Of a DNA stretch of 64,000 nucleotides, positions 17,549 through 30,660 are shown piece after piece. The notes beneath the pieces were generated by a model. It was not told where the DNA came from. It made no database searches and was given only the letters and a program-made list of their open reading frames with translations. This DNA comes from an uncultured delta proteobacterium (GTDB lineage: Bacteria; Myxococcota_A; Polyangia; Polyangiales; Polyangiaceae). The position numbers and the translations under genes are program-made. How positions within the stretch are numbered: the first letter of the stretch is position 1; every line of letters begins with the position of its first letter. The stretch spans positions 608,001 to 672,000 of the forward strand of contig CAVOKF010000003.1 in the NCBI GenBank assembly GCA_963696385.1. The letters run 5' to 3'.

Positions 17549-19711
17549 TCACGCGCGCTCGACGGCGACCACCCCCTTGACTTTCTGCAGCGATCGCATC
17601 ACCGCCTTCAACTGCTGCAGATCCTCGCACACGAACGAAAACAGGTTGACGGCTCGGCCGTCGTCACTCGCCCGGCAGTTTGCCTCGCTGATGTTGATAC
17701 CTTGCGCCATGAACGTCTGGCCGACGTTCGCGAGAATGCCGGGGAGATTTGCCGTGACCACGCGAACCTGCACGCTGCGATTAATGCGCGCCTTGCTGTC
17801 CCACGTGATTTCGACACGCCGTTCCGGATCCGTGTCGAACGCCTTGGGACAGCCTCGTCGGTGGATCGTGACGCCGCGCCCGCGCGTGATGAATCCGAGG
17901 ATGTCGTCGCCGGGCAGCGGATTGCAGCACTTTGCGTACCGCACCAATACGTCGTCGATGCCGTTGATCCGAATCGCTCCTTCGTCACGCTTGATGACTT
18001 TGCGAACCAGACCCGCCAGTCTGCCCTCGCGGAGCGACGCCGGTGGCTTGCTCTCGCGCCCGCTTTCGTCCGGTGGCGCGACGAACTTGATGATCTCGTC
18101 CGGATCGATCTTTCCGTAACCGATTCCGATGAAAAGCTCTTCGAGATTCGAGACCTTCAGGTGCTCGAAGAGCCGGCGTAACTCCGACTCGTTCTTAAGG
18201 AGCTTGCTCGCGCTGATCCCTGCGTCGTGAAGTCCGCGCTCGAGAAGCTCTTCGCCGAGCCGACGGCTCTTGTCGCGCTGGTCCTGCCGGAAGTAGTTGC
18301 GGATCTTGGCGCGGGCCCGCGTCGTTCCGATGAAGTCGAGCCAGTCCTTGCTCGGACTCTGATGCGTACTCGTCAGGACCTCGACGACGTCGCCGTTGCG
18401 CAGTTTGTAGCGCAATGACTCCATCTTTCCGTTGATGCGTGCCCCAGTGACGTGATCGCCGAGTTGAGTGTGAATCTGATACGCGAAATCGATGGGGGTC
18501 GCTCCCCGCGGAAACACCCGCACGTCCCCTTTCGGAGTGAAGACATAGACCTCGTCCTGAAACAGGTCGACCTTGACGCCTTCGAGGAATTCGGCCGGAT
18601 CCTTGAGTTCCTTTTGCCACTCGAGAAGCTGCCGCAGCCACGAGAAGCGCTGCGCATCTTGCTCAGCGATGCCACCGCCGCGTTCCTTGTACTTCCAGTG
18701 CGCCGCTATTCCGCGCTCGGCCACCCGGTGCATCTCTTGCGTTCGAATCTGAATCTCGATCCGCTCGCGCCCCGGGCCGATGACCGTCGTATGCAACGAC
18801 TGATACATGTTCGGCTTGGGCAGCGCGACGTAATCCTTGAATCGGCCCGGGACGGGCGTCCACTGCGAATGGATGACCCCCAGCGCGGCATAGCAATCGC
18901 TCACGCTCTCCACGAGGACGCGAAACGCAATGAGATCCTGCACGCCTTCGAGGCCGGACTCCTGCGCCTTCATCTTGCGGTAAACGCTATAGAGGTGCTT
19001 CGCCCTGCCCGTGACCTCGGCTGCGAAGCCCTGCTCGGCCAGACGGCTCGACAGCGTCTTGCAGACCTCCGCGATATACTTATCGCGCTCGCGCTTCGTC
19101 TTCGTCATTTGCGCGACGAGCTCGGCGCAAGCCTCGGGCTCGAGATATCGGAAACTCAGGTCCTCGAGTTCACTCTTGAACGCCTGGATGCCGAGCCGGT
19201 TCGCGAGCGGCGCATAGATCTCCAGCGTTTCCTGCGCGATTCGCTGCTGGGAGTCGTGCCCCATGTGCTCGAGCGTCCGCATGTTGTCGAGGCGATCGCA
19301 GAGTTTGATCAGCAAGACGCGGATGTCCCGCGCCATGGCAACGACCATCTTGCGGAAATTCTCGGCCTGGCGATCCTCCTTGGAGGTGAAGTTGATCTTG
19401 GAGAGCTTCGTGACGCCGTCGACCAATTCGGCGACTTCCACGCCAAATTCCTTCGTCAGCTCATCGCTGGTCGCGAGCGTATCCTCGACGACGTCGTGCA
19501 AGAGGCCCGCACAGACGCTTGCCGCATCGAGACGCAGATCCGCCAAAATACCCGCGACACTCACCGGGTGCACGATGTAAGGCTGACCCGATTTGCGCGT
19601 TTGCCCCGCGTGCATGCGGTAGCTGTAGTCGTATGCTCGCTGAATCAGGTCGGGGTCGACCGTGGGCTGGTAGGCCTTGACCCGTTTGATAAGTTGTTCG
19701 GCCTGGAGCAT
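17549..19711 (-). CDS. rel: Bifunctional (p)ppGpp synthetase/hydrolase (long RSH)
   Basis: HD motif LHDVVED intact; RFKDY (RxKD); YQSLHT; TGS, CC and ACT domains. Confidence 0.96.
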   Translation of the reverse strand: MLQAEQLIKRVKAYQPTVDPDLIQRAYDYSYRMHAGQTRKSGQPYIVHPVSVAGILADLRLDAASVCAGLLHDVVEDTLATSDELTKEFGVEVAELVDGVTKLSKINFTSKEDRQAENFRKMVVAMARDIRVLLIKLCDRLDNMRTLEHMGHDSQQRIAQETLEIYAPLANRLGIQAFKSELEDLSFRYLEPEACAELVAQMTKTKRERDKYIAEVCKTLSSRLAEQGFAAEVTGRAKHLYSVYRKMKAQESGLEGVQDLIAFRVLVESVSDCYAALGVIHSQWTPVPGRFKDYVALPKPNMYQSLHTTVIGPGRERIEIQIRTQEMHRVAERGIAAHWKYKERGGGIAEQDAQRFSWLRQLLEWQKELKDPAEFLEGVKVDLFQDEVYVFTPKGDVRVFPRGATPIDFAYQIHTQLGDHVTGARINGKMESLRYKLRNGDVVEVLTSTHQSPSKDWLDFIGTTRARAKIRNYFRQDQRDKSRRLGEELLERGLHDAGISASKLLKNESELRRLFEHLKVSNLEELFIGIGYGKIDPDEIIKFVAPPDESGRESKPPASLREGRLAGLVRKVIKRDEGAIRINGIDDVLVRYAKCCNPLPGDDILGFITRGRGVTIHRRGCPKAFDTDPERRVEITWDSKARINRSVQVRVVTANLPGILANVGQTFMAQGINISEANCRASDDGRAVNLFSFVCEDLQQLKAVMRSLQKVKGVVAVERA

Positions 19712-19792
19712 CGGCGGAGCGGCGGATCGTGCGCAGCCCGGACTTGAAGCGTAACACCTCCACTTTCTTCGAGCAATTCAGCCGACCCGCCC

Positions 19793-21133
19793 ATGACGCA
19801 TCCGCCCTTTGGACCTTCCGCTCCGCGCGGGTCGGGAGGCGACGACGGTCCCAAGCCGGCCCGATCTGCGTTGCATGAACAAGAACGGGCAATCCACGAC
19901 TCGCCCGATCGTTTCGTGGTCGAGGCTGCGGCCCGCCGCGCGACCGTATACGTGCACTTTCCTTGGTGTCTGGCCAAGTGCCCTTATTGCGACTTCGTGA
20001 GCTACGTCGACCCGGGAGCCGACGGCACCTCGTACACAGCCGCCGTGTTGCGCGAGCTCGAGGCCCGCGCCCCGCTTCTCGACGGCACGGAGTCGTTTGA
20101 AGTCGAGAGCATTTTTTTTGGCGGCGGCACCCCGAGCCTCTGGGACCCGCGAGAGTTGGCGAAGGTCGTCGCGGCGATTCGCAGTCGCCTGCGCGTCGTG
20201 GATCCTGTCGAGGTCACGGTCGAATGCAACCCGACGTCGCTCGACCACCCGAAGGCGCGCGCTCTGGTCGACGCCGGGGTCAATCGACTGTCGATCGGCG
20301 TGCAATCGCTTCGCGACGAGCGACTGAGATTCCTCGGCCGCCTGCACGACGCTCGGGGCGCGATCGGTGCCGTGCGGGATGCCATTCGCGCTGGCGTCCC
20401 GCGTATTTCCGCCGACCTGATTTTCGGCACACCTGGACAGTCCCCTTCTGAGGCCTGCGCCGAAGCGCTCGAACTGGTCGATCTCGGTCTTGCCCACGTG
20501 TCCTGCTACCAGCTGACCATCGAGGCGGGAACACGATTCGGCGAGCTCGCGCGACGCGGTCGTCTGCCCCTGGCGGACGAGGGTGCCGTGGCCGACGCCT
20601 TTCTCGCGATCGACGCAGCCCTGACCGAGCGTGGACTTCGCCACTACGAAGTCTCCAACTACGCGCGTCCGGGCGAAGAGGCGCGTCACAATCTGGCGTA
20701 TTGGCGCGGCGACGAGTACCTCGGCCTCGGCTGCGCCGCTTACGGCTTCGTCCGTGACCGCTTCCCGGGTCCCGAAACCGCCGTCCGGGGAGTGCGCTGG
20801 CGCAACATCGCGCAGCCGAACCAGTATGTCGCGTCTACCCGCTCGGCGCGTCCCGGTCGGATCGGCGTCGGCGACGGCATTTCGGAATCGAGCGAACGCT
20901 TGGACGCTGAGTCACTCTTGCGCGAGCGGATCATGCTCGGATTGCGCGTACACGACGGCTTGGACGTCGCCGCGGCAGCTCGAGAGCTCGGAGTCCATGG
21001 TTGGACCGTGGAGCGCGAACGCACAGCGAGCTGGCTTCAAGCCCGGCAACGTCTCATTCGGGACGGAGCGCGGATCCGCATCCCCCCAAGCGCGTGGCTA
21101 TGGACCGACGATACGAGCGCGAGACTCTTTTAG
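19793..21133 (+). CDS. hemW: Radical SAM family heme chaperone HemW
   Basis: YVHFPWCLAKCPYCDF, FFGGGTPS, YEVSNYA and HNLAYW. Start is uncertain. Confidence 0.9.
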   Translation: MTHPPFGPSAPRGSGGDDGPKPARSALHEQERAIHDSPDRFVVEAAARRATVYVHFPWCLAKCPYCDFVSYVDPGADGTSYTAAVLRELEARAPLLDGTESFEVESIFFGGGTPSLWDPRELAKVVAAIRSRLRVVDPVEVTVECNPTSLDHPKARALVDAGVNRLSIGVQSLRDERLRFLGRLHDARGAIGAVRDAIRAGVPRISADLIFGTPGQSPSEACAEALELVDLGLAHVSCYQLTIEAGTRFGELARRGRLPLADEGAVADAFLAIDAALTERGLRHYEVSNYARPGEEARHNLAYWRGDEYLGLGCAAYGFVRDRFPGPETAVRGVRWRNIAQPNQYVASTRSARPGRIGVGDGISESSERLDAESLLRERIMLGLRVHDGLDVAAAARELGVHGWTVERERTASWLQARQRLIRDGARIRIPPSAWLWTDDTSARLF

Positions 21134-21385
21134 AATTCCGGCCCCAAACTCGCTCCCCCGGTTGACCTCAGCGGCCGATCGACCAACCCCAGCCGTGGCG
21201 GAGGTATCCGCGCCCATCCGAGGTCGGTCCACCTGCGGACGATCGGCCGATGCGGATAAGGTGTGGACTACGCTGAACGGTGCTGGAGAAGATGGGGATC
21301 TCCTGTTCAGATCTTCGGGTGAGGGCGGTTGGCCACGGTCGAGGTCCCTGGATCGCAGGGAGGGGACGCTAGGGGCAGCACACCC

Positions 21386-21431
21386 ACACAATACGTCGTA
21401 CGTTTTGCTGGACAAGCCCAATATCTAGGGG
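21386..21431 (+). promoter_or_regulatory. Tandem NrdR-box-like sites upstream of nrdJ
   Basis: ACACAATACGTCGTAC (21386-21401) and GCCCAATATCTAGGGG (21416-21431), 30 nt apart, resemble the NrdR consensus acaCwAtATaTwGtg. Confidence 0.55.
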
Positions 21432-21685
21432 GTAGCGTCGCATCTCAGCACAAGGCACGGAGCGTCACCACGGCGCTGCCATGGCCATTTTTGTCTACGT
21501 GAACGTACTGAACATACTAGCAACATGCTCGGGTGAAGGCTGCTCAAATCAGGGCAAGGGCCAACGAGCGAAGAGCTAACGAATGGAAGCCTCGCCGGCC
21601 TGACAGGGTGGGCGACGAGGTTGCTTGCGCGCACTTGCCCCGCAGCAGGGAGCGCGGTGGTCTCTGTATTGCCCGGAGGTAGATC

Positions 21686-25216
<3,531 letters not shown>

Positions 25217-25296
25217 CAACGGCTGGCGGGCTCGCATCCGTTGGGCCCGCTACCGTGTGAGCAAGATCGGACGATTCGCTGTAGGCTTGCGTCGAG

Positions 25297-25746
25297 ATGC
25301 CGAGGGTCTGTTCCTGCGTCTTTTTCGCAGTTTTTTCCATTTCCATTCCGGCGTTGCTGGTCGGATGCCCCAGAAGGCAATCCGCTGAGGAAGAGGCGGG
25401 GGCGCCGGCACCGGCCGTGACCAGCGCCCCCTCCGTCACCGAGCTCGCCCCTCTCATCGAGGACGCCGGCGACGACGGGGACGCCGCTGTCGAAGCTGCG
25501 ACGCCCAAGAAGCGGGCTGTGCCCTTGCTCACCTCGAATCAGGCAAAGATCAGGGCATGCTGCAACGCGATGCGCTCGCAAGCCAAGCTGCTCGGCCCAT
25601 CGCCCGAGGGTTACCAGCTGAACACGATGGCGCTTCAGTGCGATGCGTTTGTCGCTCAGATCGGCCCTGAAGGAATGGCGCCAGAACTGACGCAATTTCG
25701 CGAGGTTCTGAAAAACATCAAGCTACCGGGCGCCTGTCAGTTTTGA
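25297..25746 (+). CDS. Hypothetical lipoprotein with a small Cys-containing helical domain
   Basis: Lipobox LVGC; acidic/Ala linker; C-terminal CC...C...C pattern. Confidence 0.7.
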   Translation: MPRVCSCVFFAVFSISIPALLVGCPRRQSAEEEAGAPAPAVTSAPSVTELAPLIEDAGDDGDAAVEAATPKKRAVPLLTSNQAKIRACCNAMRSQAKLLGPSPEGYQLNTMALQCDAFVAQIGPEGMAPELTQFREVLKNIKLPGACQF

Positions 25747-26718
25747 GTGGTTCGCTGGGCGCGCAACTCGAAAATGATCGAAGCCGCGCGGTTCCAGGGC
25801 ACGCTCCTCTTGCCCCCCGCGGAGTACGAGGCCCTTGCCTTCGCGCACCTCGCCGATGAGTCGAAAACCTTCGATGGCAACCGGACTCGCAACCACAAGC
25901 GCATAGTCTTCGCCGCCATACAAAGCGAGTTCGAGCGCGCTCCCACTCGACGCCTCGGCCGCGCGAAGAAGCGAGTCGTCGGCCGAGAGAGCCCGCTCGT
26001 CGAGCACAATCTGCACTCCGCTCGCTTCCGCAATGTGCCCCACGTCCCGGGCCAGGCCGTCCGATACGTCGATCGCCGCATGCGCCACCGCCGCCATCGC
26101 GCTTCCTTCCCGGACTAGGGCGCGCGGCGTTCGCCACGACGCGACGGCGGCGTGCAATCGCGGGTCCGCGTCGGCACGTCCGGTCTCAAGCGCGCGGAGT
26201 CCTGCCGCCGCCAGGCCGACGGCGCCCGCGAGCCATACGGTGTCGCCCGAGCGGGCGCCGGAGCGCGTGACCGCGCGCTCGCACGTTCCCAGAACGGTCG
26301 TCGAGATGGACAGCTCTCGACCTCGAGCGAGATTCCCTCCCACAACGGGTGCTCCGAGGCTAAGCGCCGCGTCACGCTGGCCAACCGCGATCTGCGCGAG
26401 GGCCGTGTCGTCGACGTCGTCGGGCAATGCCAATGCGCACAAGACGCACCAAGGCTTCGCGCCCATCGCCGCAATGTCGCTGGCCGCGGCCATCAAGCTG
26501 CGCCACCCGACGTCGCGCCACGGCAGGAAGTCGCGCCGGAAGTGTGTGCCCTCGACCTGCGCGTCAATCGTCCAAACGATGCGACGCCCCGTCGCCCTAC
26601 CCCCGTCTAGAACCGCCGCGTCGTCGCCCATTGCGACTTCCACTGCGAACTCCGAGCCCGCACCCGAAGCGTCGCCCAGCGTACGCGCGAGCATCGCGAT
26701 TCGGGCTGCTTCATCCAT
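25723..26718 (-). CDS. thiL: Thiamine-monophosphate kinase
   Basis: MGDDAAV, VEGTHF, SDIAAMGA, VVGGN, AIDVSDGL and GGEDYALV. Confidence 0.93.
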   Translation of the reverse strand: MDEAARIAMLARTLGDASGAGSEFAVEVAMGDDAAVLDGGRATGRRIVWTIDAQVEGTHFRRDFLPWRDVGWRSLMAAASDIAAMGAKPWCVLCALALPDDVDDTALAQIAVGQRDAALSLGAPVVGGNLARGRELSISTTVLGTCERAVTRSGARSGDTVWLAGAVGLAAAGLRALETGRADADPRLHAAVASWRTPRALVREGSAMAAVAHAAIDVSDGLARDVGHIAEASGVQIVLDERALSADDSLLRAAEASSGSALELALYGGEDYALVVASPVAIEGFRLIGEVREGKGLVLRGGQEERALEPRGFDHFRVARPANHSKLTGAR

Positions 26719-26729
26719 CCGCGCTCCGT

Positions 26730-28166
26730 TTAGGCCACCCGAGATGCTTCGGACATGGTCGGCTCGGGCTGGGGCAGGGTAACGACGAAGACCGTCCCCC
26801 TGGGGTCATTGTCCTCGATTCGAATTGCGCCGCGGTGACCCTCGATCAGCCGTTTGACGATCGACAAGCCTAGTCCCGTGCCCCCGAACTCGCGCGTGCT
26901 CGAGGAGTCGATCTGGTAAAATGCGTCGAACACCCGGAGTCTTTCGCGGGGCGGAATCCCGATTCCGGTGTCCATGACCCTCACCTCGACTCGCGCACGC
27001 GTCGGCGCGAGCAGCGTCAGTCCTTCGTCACCACCGGCTTCCGCGGAGTCTGCCTCGGTCATTCGTGCCCGCAGCGTTACTTCCCCCCCGCTCGGCGTAA
27101 ATTTAAGCGCGTTTTCCACGAGGTTCAAGAACACTTGCCGAAGACGTTCCGGATCACCGCGCAGATCGGGGGTCGGCGCGGCATCGAGGGTAAGCCTCAC
27201 GCCCTTCTTCAGCGCGACAGGGGTCAGCGTCGAGATCACCTCGCGAAGCACAGGCTCCAGGCCCATGATGCGCGTGGCGAGGCGCATCGTGCCACTTTCC
27301 AGCTTGCCCAGATCCAGAAGGCCCATAATGAGCGAGAGAAGCTGGCCACCCTTTTCGTGGATCGTCTTGACGAACTCGAGCTGCTCCGGTTTGAGCTCAC
27401 CAGCGAGGCCCTCGCTCAGCATCTCGCTGTAACCGATGATCGATGTGAGCGGAGTTCGGAGCTCGTGGCTCACCGTCGCGAGGAAGCTCGACTTGAGCCG
27501 ATCGAGTTCCTTGAGACGGTCGAACGCCTCCTGCAACCGCCCGTTCTTCTCCTCGAGCTCGCGGTAACTCTCGCGCACGCTCGCAAGGTGCATTTGGCTC
27601 GTGACGAATGCGCGATGGCCGCTAAAGAGCAAGAGATCGAGCGCGGATTTCAGGTGCGCTGCCATACGCATCACGGTCTGCGGCTTGGCACGCGGCATTT
27701 TTGCGAGCAGCTCTCGGGCTCGCCCCTTGTCGATCGCCGGATCGACCGCGAGCAGCGAGGCAGGGACGTCCTGCACGTTCGCGGGAACGAAAGGGCCGAC
27801 GATGAGCCGGCCGACCCGCCGTCCGTCGTAGTCGAGCGCAAGGATCCGGTACGTTGCGCCGGTAAAGCAGGGGTGCACAACGTCCCCGGTCTCACCTGGA
27901 TCGCGCGATTTCGCGCCGCCGACCGTCGCTGCGCATGCCTGGCGTCCGGCCGCCGTCGCGTTCACGTAAGCACAAAGCTCGCCCTCGACCGGGGCGTCGG
28001 CAAGCAAGCTGCCTCCGCTCGAATAGATGCGAACGGGAATGCCGAAAAGAGTCACGAAGCTCTTGCAAAGCTCACCGAGTCCGTCGCGGTCGATGATGTC
28101 CTCGAGTCGAACTCGGTCATCAAAGAGCAAGTCCTGAACCAAGACGGCGGGTGCATCGACGGTCAT
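26730..28166 (-). CDS. Cytoplasmic PocR-sensor histidine kinase
   Basis: PocR-like Cys pattern (ELCAYV...ACAA...HPCFTG); H-box VSHELRTPL, N-box NLVENALKF, DTGIGI and GGTGLGL. ATG 28166 overlaps the upstream stop (ATGA). Confidence 0.88.
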   Translation of the reverse strand: MTVDAPAVLVQDLLFDDRVRLEDIIDRDGLGELCKSFVTLFGIPVRIYSSGGSLLADAPVEGELCAYVNATAAGRQACAATVGGAKSRDPGETGDVVHPCFTGATYRILALDYDGRRVGRLIVGPFVPANVQDVPASLLAVDPAIDKGRARELLAKMPRAKPQTVMRMAAHLKSALDLLLFSGHRAFVTSQMHLASVRESYRELEEKNGRLQEAFDRLKELDRLKSSFLATVSHELRTPLTSIIGYSEMLSEGLAGELKPEQLEFVKTIHEKGGQLLSLIMGLLDLGKLESGTMRLATRIMGLEPVLREVISTLTPVALKKGVRLTLDAAPTPDLRGDPERLRQVFLNLVENALKFTPSGGEVTLRARMTEADSAEAGGDEGLTLLAPTRARVEVRVMDTGIGIPPRERLRVFDAFYQIDSSSTREFGGTGLGLSIVKRLIEGHRGAIRIEDNDPRGTVFVVTLPQPEPTMSEASRVA

Positions 28167-28903
28167 GGTGGGACCTGTGCTTGCTGATCGAGGCGCCCAC
28201 CGACGCACGAAGAAAGGAGCGTGGCGACGTCCTTCGTCAAGCCAAGCTGCCGTGCGGCCATTGGCAGCAAAGCGCCCGACTCGATGCCGAGCATCTTCGC
28301 GAGTTGATGCTCCGCATCGAGCTTCGCCCACGCGACGTGCAACAGGCCGAAGAACGTCTCGAGAACTCCGTCGCCCGCCACGGCGCTCGCCTTGAAGACG
28401 GGCTCCTTTCCTCGCCTCGCGAGCGCGCTAATCTCCTCGTCAGATCGCACCCTCTCGAGGTCACGCTTGTTGAACTGGATGACCAGCGGCAAGCCCTTAA
28501 TGCTTACCCCAAGGTCCTTCAGATTCTCGCGCAAGTCGAGGAACGACGCGGCATTGTGCTCGGTCTCGCTGGTCTGCGAATCGGCAATGAAGGCCACGGC
28601 GTCGGCGCCCTGCAAGACGAGACGGCGGGTGGACGAGTGCAAAACCTGCCCTGGAACCGTGAAGATCTTGATTCGGAGCGTCATGCCCGACGCTTGTCGC
28701 TCACCCTCGGCCCTCAGAGTGAGCGGCAGCATGTCGAAGAAAAGAGTGCGATCGTCCTTCGTCTCCAGTGTCATCAGGCGCCCCCTGGATCGGTCCGAGG
28801 TGAGCTGATGCAGCGAGCGCAAGTTGGTCGTCTTCCCGCTGAGCGCCGGCCCGTAATACACGAGCTTGAGCGCGATCTCGCGTCCGCCGAAGTTGATTTG
28901 CAC
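28163..28903 (-). CDS. MglA/SofG-family small Ras-like GTPase
   Basis: KLVYYGPALSGKTTNL, DRTLFFD, TVPGQ, NKRD and ASA. Probable GTG start at 28903 (VQINFGGREI). Confidence 0.9.
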   Translation of the reverse strand: MQINFGGREIALKLVYYGPALSGKTTNLRSLHQLTSDRSRGRLMTLETKDDRTLFFDMLPLTLRAEGERQASGMTLRIKIFTVPGQVLHSSTRRLVLQGADAVAFIADSQTSETEHNAASFLDLRENLKDLGVSIKGLPLVIQFNKRDLERVRSDEEISALARRGKEPVFKASAVAGDGVLETFFGLLHVAWAKLDAEHQLAKMLGIESGALLPMAARQLGLTKDVATLLSSCVGGRLDQQAQVPP

Positions 28904-28995
28904 GAGACCTCGCTCGACCCATCGTACCAAACGGCGCGCCGTTTTGCGGCGGCGTCCGCCCTCGAAAGCCGAGTCCGCGCTAGAATGGCCTTACC

Positions 28996-29496
28996 ATGAC
29001 CGTCAAGGTGGGCGCCAAGGCGCCAAATTTCGCGCTGGAGAGTGACGAGGGCAACCGCATCGGTCTCGGGGACTTCTGCGGCCATTGGCTGGTTCTCTAC
29101 TTCTATCCCCGAGACAACACCCCCGGATGCACACGCGAAGCCGTGGAATTTACCGAAGCCGGCACCCGCTTCAAGAAACTCGGCGCCACGGTGGTCGGTA
29201 TCTCGAAGGATTCCGTAAAGAGCCACTGCGGATTTCGAGAGAAGGTCGGCATCACGTTTCCGCTGCTCAGCGATCCGGACCTGGCCGTGCACAAGGCATA
29301 CGGGGCTTGGGGCCCGAAAACCATGTACGGGAAAAGGGTGGAGGGCACGATTCGATCGACCTTTCTCGTGACGCCCGACAGCTCGCTGGCGCACGTGTGG
29401 CGCAGCGTGAAGGTCGATGGCCACGTCGAAAAGGTACTCGATACGCTCCGGAGCCTTCGGGGGGGCATCGCGAACAACAAGTCGGCGCGTTCGTGA
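28996..29496 (+). CDS. bcp: Peroxiredoxin Bcp/PrxQ
   Basis: LYFYPRDNTPGCTREA, SHCGF and RSTF. Confidence 0.93.
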   Translation: MTVKVGAKAPNFALESDEGNRIGLGDFCGHWLVLYFYPRDNTPGCTREAVEFTEAGTRFKKLGATVVGISKDSVKSHCGFREKVGITFPLLSDPDLAVHKAYGAWGPKTMYGKRVEGTIRSTFLVTPDSSLAHVWRSVKVDGHVEKVLDTLRSLRGGIANNKSARS

Positions 29497-30509
29497 CTTC
29501 CGACGCGCCTGCGACGCTCGTATGGATCGCGCCGGCTCCGCCAAGCGCCGCCCAACGCTCGGCCATCGCGTCGTGGGCCCTAGCTCATGGCATCGCACTC
29601 GGCGATCCGCTCGACCAACGGCCGGCACCCATCCCGGTCGACACTCGTACGGCCGTTGCGGTTGACGATCTCATCGATCACGCCCGGGACGCGATCGGTG
29701 CGCGCGACGGACCCAGTGTCGACCGAGCCCTTGCATCCGCCGAGGCTCTGCTGCGAGCCCATGCCGACCTGCCCGAGGCGGCGTGGCAAATGGCGGAGGT
29801 CGAGCGGGTTCGCGCAATCCGGTGGCGCCGCGTTGCGCCGATCGACACGGAAGCCGCCGACCGCGCCTGGGCGCGTGCGGAGGCTTTGGATGGCGGGCGA
29901 TCCGAGGGTGTCGGGGAAGAAGCCTCCGAGTTTCGAACGGCAACCGTTTTCGTCGAAATCCAACCGCCGCCTGACGAACAAGCATGGGTCGACTCTCGAG
30001 CGGCCGGGATGGAACCGATGCCGTTGCGCACGGGTCCCCACGCGTTTGTCGTCACGTCGAACGGTGCACCCGTCTGGGCTGCGTGGATGGACGTCCAAGC
30101 GACCAGCTCGATCGTACGGCTCGAAGCCCCCTTCACGGCACCCTGCTCCGCGAGCGACGTCGGGCATGCGGCCTTTGTCTCCCATGCGGTGGTTTCGGAC
30201 CAGGTCCGATGCGGTCGATGGGTCGCTGCCACCGCTGCGCCCGAGCCGGACGGGGCCTTGATAGGGATGTGCAACGCGAACCGGTGCGCACCCTTGCTGG
30301 ACTGGCGCCCTGCGCCGCGAAGCGCACCGTCTTCGGCCGAGTCGCACGCCGAGCATCGGGGCTTTCGTTGGCCAGCGTGGGCCACATGGACGCTGGCCGC
30401 TACGGGCGCCGTCCTCGCTGTCGGCGGGGTCGCCCTCGCGATCGGTGCATTCCGACCGCCTGCCGCGGAGACGCGATTCATCAGCGGGGGCCTCGTGCAC
30501 GGTCGCTGA
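29493..30509 (+). CDS. Hypothetical protein with C-terminal TM helix
   Basis: GTGA overlap with the bcp stop; long ORF with a Cys cluster and a hydrophobic C-terminal segment. Confidence 0.65.
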   Translation: MTSDAPATLVWIAPAPPSAAQRSAIASWALAHGIALGDPLDQRPAPIPVDTRTAVAVDDLIDHARDAIGARDGPSVDRALASAEALLRAHADLPEAAWQMAEVERVRAIRWRRVAPIDTEAADRAWARAEALDGGRSEGVGEEASEFRTATVFVEIQPPPDEQAWVDSRAAGMEPMPLRTGPHAFVVTSNGAPVWAAWMDVQATSSIVRLEAPFTAPCSASDVGHAAFVSHAVVSDQVRCGRWVAATAAPEPDGALIGMCNANRCAPLLDWRPAPRSAPSSAESHAEHRGFRWPAWATWTLAATGAVLAVGGVALAIGAFRPPAAETRFISGGLVHGR

Positions 30510-30660
30510 ATTGCGGATTGCACCGGAGGTGCTTACGCTCTGTTTCGCCCCATCGGACCCTTGCAGGGACTTCCAACGCACCCCCCCTTTGACTGTTCGC
30601 TTCGCTCCGGATCGTCGGGTGGATTCCGTAGGCTGCGGCGAACCCCATTCGGAGCTAGAC

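Noticed and set aside
21440..21685. Possible cobalamin riboswitch ahead of B12-dependent nrdJ
   Set aside because: I could not find the B12-box or core motifs (GGGAA...GCCACTG...AGYCAGRAGAC). An Infernal search would settle it.
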